NCBI GenBank assembly: GCA_002428045.1
Contig: DIZZ01000207.1
Coordinates: 1-56,566, forward strand
Origin: Verrucomicrobia bacterium UBA6015
Lineage (GTDB): Bacteria; Verrucomicrobiota; Kiritimatiellia; UBA8416
Length of the DNA stretch: 56,566 nucleotides
Reading direction: 5' to 3'
Shown piece after piece: positions 9,433 through 16,626 of the stretch. Both the position numbers and the translations under genes were made by a program. The stretch's first letter is position 1, and each line of letters opens with the position of its first letter. Under the pieces are notes generated by a model. The model did not search any database, was not told where the DNA came from, and saw only the letters and a program-made list of their open reading frames with translations.

Positions 9433-10168
9433 AAAACACGAGGGCATGCTCAAGCCCTTCGTGGAACACCTTGATGATCTTCGCAAAGCGCTGGTCTGGG
9501 CGATCGTGTCGCTGCTGATCGGCCTGATTGTAGCCATCCCGCTGGCACCCTCTATTTTCGCGCTGCTTAAGATCCCGTTTGACCGTGCGGGGTTGACGAT
9601 TCCCCTGCAGGTTAGCGAGGTGGGTAGCGGGTTCTCCATCCTGATGAAGGTTGTCTGGTGGTCCGGTTTGCTTTTCAGTCTGCCCTTTACGCTGGCCGCG
9701 GTGGGCGGGTTTGTCTTTCCGGGGCTGACCCGGCGCGAAAGAAACGCGATCTACGGCGGCGGAGCCGCCTCGCTGGGGTTGTTTGCGATCGGTGTCTGGA
9801 TGGCGTATTGCTGGACCGTCCCGGTGGCGTTGCAGATGATGGCGCAGATCGAATCATGGATGGGAACGCCATCGGCATTCTGGGAGACCTCCGGTTACGC
9901 CGCCTTTGCCCTCAAGATCCTGCTGGCCTTTGGTCTAGCTTTCCAAATTCCGTTGCTGGTGTATATCCTCGGGGCGCTCGGCATTATCAGTTCGCACCAG
10001 ATGCGCGATAAACGCCGACATGTCACGATCATCATGATGGTAATCGCGATGTTCCTGACGCCGCCCGACCCCTTTAGCATGATCCTTATGGCAGCCCCCC
10101 TGATCGCGCTTTACGAAGTCTGCATCTGGCTGGTACGCGCCAAGGAGAAAGCCGCCAGGATACCCTAA
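9413..10168 (+). CDS. tatC: Twin-arginine translocase subunit TatC
   Basis: ORF 9296..10168 trimmed to the ATG at 9413 (MTARSDEKHEGMLKPFVEHLDDLRK). It has a six-TM TatC-like profile. Confidence 0.88.
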   Translation: MTARSDEKHEGMLKPFVEHLDDLRKALVWAIVSLLIGLIVAIPLAPSIFALLKIPFDRAGLTIPLQVSEVGSGFSILMKVVWWSGLLFSLPFTLAAVGGFVFPGLTRRERNAIYGGGAASLGLFAIGVWMAYCWTVPVALQMMAQIESWMGTPSAFWETSGYAAFALKILLAFGLAFQIPLLVYILGALGIISSHQMRDKRRHVTIIMMVIAMFLTPPDPFSMILMAAPLIALYEVCIWLVRAKEKAARIP

Positions 10169-10186
10169 CGACACCAAGCACAAGGA

Positions 10187-12769
10187 ATGATGATGACGAC
10201 ACCAAGTTTGTCCAGGAAAACGTTGATTCTTTATGGGATGGTCTTTTTTTCCGGATTTGCCGGCCTGGTGTACCAGGTGCTGTGGATGAAGCAGCTCGGG
10301 TTGCTCTTCGGTAACACGTCGCAGGCCGCCGCCGCCACGTTTGCCGCCTTTTTTGCCGGGCTTGCCGCCGGAAGCTGGGGTTGGGGGCGAAATGCGGCGA
10401 GGATGAAGCACCCGCTGCGTCGCTATGGCTGGCTGGAAGTGGGCATTGCTCTGAGTGCGCTGCTTTATTTCGCCATTCTGGCGCTGTATTACCGCATTTA
10501 TCCCGAGTTTTACCAACGTGTGAATTCCGCGACCTTGCTGCTGGTGTTAAAGTTCGCCTTGGCACTGCTGCTGATCTTTCCCCCCGCATTTTTCATGGGT
10601 GGGACGATTCCCGTCATGGCGCAATACCTTATCCGCAACCGCTCCAGCTTCGGATCCGCCTCCGCGTTTTTATACGGCATCAATACGTTGGGCGCAGCCA
10701 TCGGGGTGTTCATGGCCGGGTTCTGGTTCCCGTTATGGCTAGGGTTCAGGCTCACCTATGGATTGGCGATGACGGTGACCTGCTCGATGGCGGTGGGTGC
10801 CTTTGTCTTATCCAGGCCAGCGGGGAGCTGGCAGCCGGACGATCAGCCCGCCGTGACACCCAATCCTGCGGGCGCAGGGTGGGGTAGGCTGCCGCTGCTG
10901 GTCATCTGCTTTCTCTCGGGGTTTGGTACGCTTGCCCTCGAGGTGCTCTGGACGCGCATGTTTGTGCAAGTGCTCGAGAATTCCGTCTACACCTTTGCCG
11001 CGATCCTGCTGGTCGTGCTGTTGTGCCTGGCGGGCGGTTCGTTTATCAGTTCGCGGTTGGCGCGGCTATCGGTCCGACCTTCAACAATGATCCCGATCCT
11101 GCTGCTGGCGGGGGGGCTCTCCATCGCGATAAGCCCCTTCGTGTTTATGGAGCTAACCGACTCGCTCCAGATCCTGGTTTCGCCAGGATCGTGGTTCAGC
11201 TATCTCGGGCTGATCTTCAAGAACGTGTTCCTCACCATTGCCGTGCCGACCCTGATTCTCGGGACGATATTCCCGTATCTCCTGAAGGCCGAGGAAACGT
11301 ATTCAACCGCCGTGGGCCGGAGCATCGGTATCCTCTCTTGTGTCAATACCATCGGGGCCATTCTCGGATCGCTCGTCTGCGGTTTCTGGTTCCTTGGCAA
11401 TCTGGGAATGTGGCGTACGATGCACCTGATGGCCTTGGTTTATCTGGTGGCTGTCCTGTTGTTTCCGAATGGCTGGAGGATCCCTTCGCTGATCGTAAGA
11501 GGTGCCGCCCTGTCGGCCATGGTGCTGCTATTCTGGGGGCTCGATCCGCGGGCGCTTCCCGTGCATAGCATCGACAAGTTAAGGCCTTCGGAAACGATTC
11601 TAGAGACGTGGGAAGGCCGCGATTGTATCGTGTCCGCCGCACGGACCCGGCATGGCATTTCGATCAAGATCAACTCCCACTACGGGCTCGGTTCGACCGA
11701 TGCCTATATGCAGGAACGGATGCAGTCAGATATTCCCCTGTATGCTTATCCAGAGACGCGGAACGTCTTCTTCCTTGGCATGGGGACTGGCATTACGGCA
11801 GGCGGAGCGCTCGATGCCGCCCGGTTTCCGAACATCAACCGTGTCGTGACCTGCGAGCTGGTGCCCGAAGTGATCCAAGCCGCCCGCCAATACATTACCG
11901 ATGTAGATGGATTTGATTGCACGGGCGGTCTATTCACCGACCCTCGAGCGACCCTCCTGGCGGAGGACGGACGGCATTATCTCATGGCCACTCGCGAAGC
12001 CTTCGATATGATCAACGCCGACCTGTTCGTACCCTTTCAGGCAGGTACCGGGAGCCTCTATAGCAAGGAGCATTTCGAGAGCGTGAAGCATCGATTGGCA
12101 CCCGGCGGCGTCTTTTTCCAATGGCTGCCGCTATATCAACTGACCGAGAATGAAGTGTACATCATCGCCAGAACGATGCTCGAAGTGTTTGATCAGGTGT
12201 CGCTGTGGCGCAATAATTTCCAGCCGGGTGATGAGGTCATTGCCTTTGCCGGTCACAAGCTGGCTGCGCCGTTACCGTCCAACAGGGTCGACAGTCATCC
12301 AGACCGGACCGCCGCCGTTGCGGGCAAGAATTGGCATGACCTGATGCGGCTTGCCCTGCCGTTCGATGCGTCAACCATCCTCTTCTTTTATGGAGGCAAC
12401 ATCACGGCGGCGAGGGAACTTTTCGAGGGATATCCGGTGAATACGGATGACAAGCCACTGATCGAGTACATGGCACCGCGTACGTACCGCGACCGCAAGG
12501 ACACCGCCATTCCATGGTTTGTCGGGCCACGCATCGCCAAGCTGGTCGACAATGTCCAGCGGCTTTGCCCTCCGGCTAGCGACCCCCTGCTTGCCGAGCG
12601 ATTGCCCGCCGAGCGGCGCCTGCCAGTGGCGGGATCGTATTTCCACTGGGCACGAATCTGGGACGTGATCGGTGACGAAGCCCAGTGCCACCAAGCCTGG
12701 ACAAACTTTATCCGCGAATGGACGGATGCCCCCAAAACCGCAGCCGATGATGAAAGGCCAAAGCCCTAA
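10187..12769 (+). CDS. Fused polytopic-membrane / spermidine-synthase-like (class I methyltransferase fold) protein, 860 aa
   Basis: The N-terminal half (about 450 aa) is multi-TM. The C-terminal part has an aminopropyltransferase-like core (FFLGMGTGITAGGALD...INADLF). Confidence 0.8.
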   Translation: MMMTTPSLSRKTLILYGMVFFSGFAGLVYQVLWMKQLGLLFGNTSQAAAATFAAFFAGLAAGSWGWGRNAARMKHPLRRYGWLEVGIALSALLYFAILALYYRIYPEFYQRVNSATLLLVLKFALALLLIFPPAFFMGGTIPVMAQYLIRNRSSFGSASAFLYGINTLGAAIGVFMAGFWFPLWLGFRLTYGLAMTVTCSMAVGAFVLSRPAGSWQPDDQPAVTPNPAGAGWGRLPLLVICFLSGFGTLALEVLWTRMFVQVLENSVYTFAAILLVVLLCLAGGSFISSRLARLSVRPSTMIPILLLAGGLSIAISPFVFMELTDSLQILVSPGSWFSYLGLIFKNVFLTIAVPTLILGTIFPYLLKAEETYSTAVGRSIGILSCVNTIGAILGSLVCGFWFLGNLGMWRTMHLMALVYLVAVLLFPNGWRIPSLIVRGAALSAMVLLFWGLDPRALPVHSIDKLRPSETILETWEGRDCIVSAARTRHGISIKINSHYGLGSTDAYMQERMQSDIPLYAYPETRNVFFLGMGTGITAGGALDAARFPNINRVVTCELVPEVIQAARQYITDVDGFDCTGGLFTDPRATLLAEDGRHYLMATREAFDMINADLFVPFQAGTGSLYSKEHFESVKHRLAPGGVFFQWLPLYQLTENEVYIIARTMLEVFDQVSLWRNNFQPGDEVIAFAGHKLAAPLPSNRVDSHPDRTAAVAGKNWHDLMRLALPFDASTILFFYGGNITAARELFEGYPVNTDDKPLIEYMAPRTYRDRKDTAIPWFVGPRIAKLVDNVQRLCPPASDPLLAERLPAERRLPVAGSYFHWARIWDVIGDEAQCHQAWTNFIREWTDAPKTAADDERPKP

Positions 12770-14049
12770 TAATGCGGCAGCACCTCGCCGAGCAGGAAGA
12801 TCGAGCCCGCCACGATCACGGGCATTCGGGCGTCCCGTGCCCAGGCTTCGGCCTCGCGCAGCGCTATGCCAACATCAGCTACCGCCTGTACATCCTCAAT
12901 GCCCGCCTGCCTGAAAAGGCCGGCTAACTCACTGGATGGCAGCGACCGCGGATTCGGGATCGGTACCGTCCATACCCGCCGGGCCACCCCCGAAAGCAGG
13001 CGCACAACGCCCATCACATCCTTGTCGGCACATACGCCCACCACCAGCCCGACCCGTTTCAGTCCCTGGCTCCGCAGCGCGGCCACCAGCGTTTCCGCGC
13101 CGGAGGGATTGTGCGCGGCATCGGCAATGACCACGGGATCTTCGCACAGCCGCTCGAAACGCCCCCGCCACCGCACCGACGCCAGCCCGTCTTTTACCGT
13201 TTTGAATGGCACCTCCACCCCGAGCGTTTCAAAGACCTGCTCCAAGGCCGCCAGTGCCGTCCCAAGGTTCTCAAGCTGGTGAGGGCCAATCAATGGCAGC
13301 CAGACCGTGCCCGCCCAGCCATTGCCGGTCTCGCACCTGACTTTTTGGCCTGCCAGGTCACCGCTGACCCGCTGGACCGAGGCCACCTCGCCCGAGGCCA
13401 CATAGACCGATCGGTTTTCCAGCGCCACCCGGCGCAATACAGCCTCGGCTTCGGGGTCCTGCGGACTGGCCACCACCGGACGGGCAGGCTTGATGATCCC
13501 CGCCTTCTCACTTGCCACAGCGGCCAGCGTGTTGCCGAGATAGACCTCATGGTCCATGGCGATGCGGGTGATCACGCTGACCTGCGGATCAACGACATTT
13601 GTCGCATCCAGCCGCCCTCCCATGCCCGTCTCCAGCACCGCCACCTCGACCCCGGCCTGCAGGAAGCACAAGAACGCCAGAACCGTCGTGATTTCAAAAA
13701 AGGTCACCTCGTACCCCTGTTCGCGGCCAACCTGATCAGCCGCCGCCTCGCAGGCAGCGAGCGCTTCAGCCAGTGCCGCATCGCTGATATCGACGCCATG
13801 GATCCGGATGCGCTCATTGAAACGGACCATATGGGGCGAGGTGTACAGCCCGGTGCGCAGTCCGGTTTGGCGCAGGACAGCCTCGATCATCGCGCTGACG
13901 GACCCTTTGCCGTTGGTTCCGGCAACATGCACCATAGCCATGCGCTGCTGGGGATTCCCCGTCAACTCACATAAACGCCGCACCGCCTCCAACCCCAGCT
14001 TGATCCCGAACTTCTGGCGACTGTAAAGCCGCTCCAACGCGGCTTTCAT
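12766..14049 (-). CDS. folC: Dihydrofolate synthase / folylpolyglutamate synthase
   Basis: It has the Mur-ligase P-loop (VHVAGTNGKGSV) and FolC-like length. Its start overlaps the wecB stop by 4 nt. Confidence 0.9.
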   Translation of the reverse strand: MKAALERLYSRQKFGIKLGLEAVRRLCELTGNPQQRMAMVHVAGTNGKGSVSAMIEAVLRQTGLRTGLYTSPHMVRFNERIRIHGVDISDAALAEALAACEAAADQVGREQGYEVTFFEITTVLAFLCFLQAGVEVAVLETGMGGRLDATNVVDPQVSVITRIAMDHEVYLGNTLAAVASEKAGIIKPARPVVASPQDPEAEAVLRRVALENRSVYVASGEVASVQRVSGDLAGQKVRCETGNGWAGTVWLPLIGPHQLENLGTALAALEQVFETLGVEVPFKTVKDGLASVRWRGRFERLCEDPVVIADAAHNPSGAETLVAALRSQGLKRVGLVVGVCADKDVMGVVRLLSGVARRVWTVPIPNPRSLPSSELAGLFRQAGIEDVQAVADVGIALREAEAWARDARMPVIVAGSIFLLGEVLPHY

Positions 14050-15206
14050 GATCGCGCTCCCAAGATCGCTGCGAGAATCCGGTCAGCGGTAAGGCCATCC
14101 CATAATTCCGGACGCTGCGGTCGGCGCCCCCCTTGCAGGGCGTTGCCAAACGCCGTCCGCAGGCGCTCGACATCGTTGCCAACCAGCACACTCGCCCCGC
14201 CGTTTTCGCTCAGAGTGATGGGGCGTTCGGTATTCCAGCGCAGCGTCATGCAAGGGGTGCCCAGGACACAGCACTCCTCCTGCAAGCCGCCGGAATCGGT
14301 CAGCATGATGGCGGCATCCATGTTCAACCGCAGCATGTCGTGGTAGCCCAGGGGATGCAGCAATATCAAGCTAGGGGTCTTGGATACCGGATCCAGAAGA
14401 CCGAACTGCTGCAACTGCTTAAGGGTTCGCGGATGAATCGGCCAGAGCAAAGGAAACCGGCCAGACGCCTCACGGAAGAAGTCTACCAGCGGTTTCAAGA
14501 CCTCTTGACGGTCGACATTCGAGGGGCGGTGGAGGGTCATCAGACCATACTCACGGCCAGCAATACGGGCCGGGACGGCAGCCCCGTCAACCAGGTTATT
14601 CCGGATGATGTTGTCGATATCCAGCCGGGCGGCGGCCTGGCGCTGCGCCTCAAGCGTATCGATCATGATATTGCCGACAAACACCATGCGGGATTCCGGC
14701 ACCCCTTCCCGACGCAGATTTTCGTTGGAAAGACGATCCGGAGTGAGCAGCAGATCTGACAGCCGGTCGGTGACCATGCGGTTGATCTCCTCGGGCATTC
14801 CAAGGTCGAACGAACGCAGGCCCGCCTCAATATGCGCCACCTTGATACCCTCTTTCTTGGCCGTGATTGAGCAGGCGCAGGTGGCATTCACATCCCCGAC
14901 GACCACCACCCAGTCCGGGCGATGCGCCTGCAGGACCTTCTCAAAGGCAATCATCGTGTTCCCGACCTGCTGGGCGTGGGAACCAGAGCCCACCTCCAGG
15001 TCGATATCGGGCGTGGGAATCCCGAGGGTCTCGAAAAAGGTCTGGGACATGCGTACGTCATAATGCTGGCCGGTATGGACCAGCAGATGCTCCAGCACCA
15101 CCGCTCCGGCCGACGCCTGGTAACGTTCGATGGCATGACAGAACGGCGCGATCTTCATGAAATTAGGGCGCGCCCCGACAACCGACATGATTTTCAACGT
15201 TTTCAT
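14046..15206 (-). CDS. wecB: UDP-N-acetylglucosamine 2-epimerase (non-hydrolysing)
   Basis: It has the typical N-terminus (VVGARPNFMK) and core (HTGQHYD...HIEAGLRS...DSGGLQEE). Confidence 0.9.
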   Translation of the reverse strand: MKTLKIMSVVGARPNFMKIAPFCHAIERYQASAGAVVLEHLLVHTGQHYDVRMSQTFFETLGIPTPDIDLEVGSGSHAQQVGNTMIAFEKVLQAHRPDWVVVVGDVNATCACSITAKKEGIKVAHIEAGLRSFDLGMPEEINRMVTDRLSDLLLTPDRLSNENLRREGVPESRMVFVGNIMIDTLEAQRQAAARLDIDNIIRNNLVDGAAVPARIAGREYGLMTLHRPSNVDRQEVLKPLVDFFREASGRFPLLWPIHPRTLKQLQQFGLLDPVSKTPSLILLHPLGYHDMLRLNMDAAIMLTDSGGLQEECCVLGTPCMTLRWNTERPITLSENGGASVLVGNDVERLRTAFGNALQGGRRPQRPELWDGLTADRILAAILGARS

Positions 15207-15213
15207 AGAGTGG

Positions 15214-15309
15214 TTACCAGCAAATGATCACTTCATCGCCTGCCATCGCCCGCTCGATAAGGTGCGAGAAATGCGTTTTCGCCTCGTAGATATTTTCTGT
15301 CATCGTCAT
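15214..15309 (-). pseudogene. Truncated Phd/YefM-type antitoxin stub (31 codons)
   Basis: The hand translation MTMTENIYEAKTHFSHLIERAMAGDEVIICW* matches the N-terminal third or so of prevent-host-death antitoxins. It stops 7 nt before the wecB ATG, and no cognate toxin is present. Confidence 0.5.
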
Positions 15310-15378
15310 GGCCGCATTGTTGCCCAGACCAGATAGGCTAGTCAACCGCTTTTTCATCGCTCGGGTAATGGGTCGGAC

Positions 15379-15627
15379 TTACTTCGTTTGTCGCCCGTAA
15401 TCGTTTTCCGAGACACCCAAATGGATTACACCGTCCTTGCTGTGCACCAGGTAATCGCGAAGGTCGCGGACGTCCACCTCATCAAACAGGACAATCATGG
15501 GCTCGGGTGCACACAGCGCCGCCCAGGTGGAAAGCTGGGTACTGAGCATTGAGCCGGGAGGCTCATCGTTGACTAGCGGGACAGGAACTTCGCCACGCTT
15601 CGCCCATTGCGCTATTGCCGAAAGCAT
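15379..15627 (-). CDS. Hypothetical 82-aa ORF, possibly a gene fragment
   Basis: An ORF is all the evidence there is. The IVLFDEVD stretch is vaguely Walker-B-like, and no family was recognised. Confidence 0.25.
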   Translation of the reverse strand: MLSAIAQWAKRGEVPVPLVNDEPPGSMLSTQLSTWAALCAPEPMIVLFDEVDVRDLRDYLVHSKDGVIHLGVSENDYGRQTK

Positions 15628-15680
15628 GTTCTGTCCCGATCTGATAAATAACTTGCAGGATTTTCTTAAACCACCTAAGA

Positions 15681-16541
15681 ATGGGATTAACCATGAATAC
15701 GAATGTCAGTACAGTGGGCGTTGCCCTCGGCGGCGGGGGGGTGCGGGGGCTGGGGCACATTCCTGTCCTTGAAGCCATCGATGCTTGCGGAATTATACCG
15801 ACAGCGATTGCCGGGACAAGCATGGGCGCAATTATTGGCGTCTTGTACGCCGCCGGTAGATCGGGCAAGGAAATCCGTAGTCTTGTCGAGGAGCATAGGG
15901 TCCGCCGGGACGACGGAATAAAGGATCTCTATGCCAAAAGAGCCTCTCTGCTGAAATGGTTGAAGGTCGTTCGCCTCTCATGGACAGGTTCGGGGTTGTT
16001 AAAGGCCGACCGGTTTCTGCGGTACCTCATCGAGCAGATGAATGTGACACGGTTCGAGGATCTGAAGATTCCTTTGCGTGTGGTCGCCACCGATTTCTAC
16101 ACGGGTAAGGCCATCATCTTCGACTCCGGTCCCCTGCTGCCGGCGCTGAAGGCCAGCATGTCGATTCCGGGAGTGTTCGTGCCGGTAGAACACAACGGCA
16201 AAATTCTTGTGGACGGAGGTGTGAGCAACAACCTTCCGTACGACATCCTCCCGGAATCCTGTGATCTGACCATTGCCGTCGATGTTTCACCGACGCGCGA
16301 AATAAGAGACGCTGATCCGCCCAGCATGATTGACGCCACGTTGGGTATGTTCGACATGTTGATCGAAAGGGTTACCCAGGCGATGATCGACAAGCGACCT
16401 CCCGATATCTATTTCCACCCACGCCTGGTCGGCATCCGCATCTTGGATTTCGATAAGGCGGAGGATGTGTTCACCCAAGTACAGGCCGCCATACCCGCGC
16501 TGACGGAAAGACTCAACGACATCCGTCAACATTCCCTTTAA
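15681..16541 (+). CDS. Patatin-like phospholipase, 286 aa
   Basis: It has the oxyanion GGGGVRG, the nucleophile elbow GTSMG, and the catalytic Asp in VDGG. Confidence 0.9.
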   Translation: MGLTMNTNVSTVGVALGGGGVRGLGHIPVLEAIDACGIIPTAIAGTSMGAIIGVLYAAGRSGKEIRSLVEEHRVRRDDGIKDLYAKRASLLKWLKVVRLSWTGSGLLKADRFLRYLIEQMNVTRFEDLKIPLRVVATDFYTGKAIIFDSGPLLPALKASMSIPGVFVPVEHNGKILVDGGVSNNLPYDILPESCDLTIAVDVSPTREIRDADPPSMIDATLGMFDMLIERVTQAMIDKRPPDIYFHPRLVGIRILDFDKAEDVFTQVQAAIPALTERLNDIRQHSL

Positions 16542-16626
16542 GGCCAGATGCTTCACAGGAATTCATTGCTGCGGTTAGGTTAGGTTTGATTTCGTGTTGG
16601 GTTTGCTTTCGGTGACTTGATGTGTC

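Noticed and set aside
7329-10168. The tolB-pal genes lack tolQRA and are followed directly by tatA-tatC, which might be an unusual system.
   Set aside because: The Tol genes can be split across loci, and both pairs are ordinary housekeeping envelope genes. No sequence-level anomaly was seen.
13111-13974. A 287-aa plus-strand ORF inside folC. Similar long antisense or off-frame ORFs occur at 3292..3918, 4220..4630, 14133..14759, 31493..32497, 34474..35226, 40576..41394, 42577..43416, 45598..46275 and 48395..49372.
   Set aside because: All of them lie within strongly conserved genes on the other strand or in another frame, and none shows family motifs. They are treated as high-GC artefacts.
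16571-16626. A G+T-rich tract with (GGTTA)2 upstream of the AEP-helicase gene, which looks telomere-like or G-quadruplex-like.
   Set aside because: There are only two pentamer units and no runs of three or more G in a quadruplex-compatible spacing. It is probably just a 5'-UTR with skewed composition, and it is mentioned under the patatin-pair finding.
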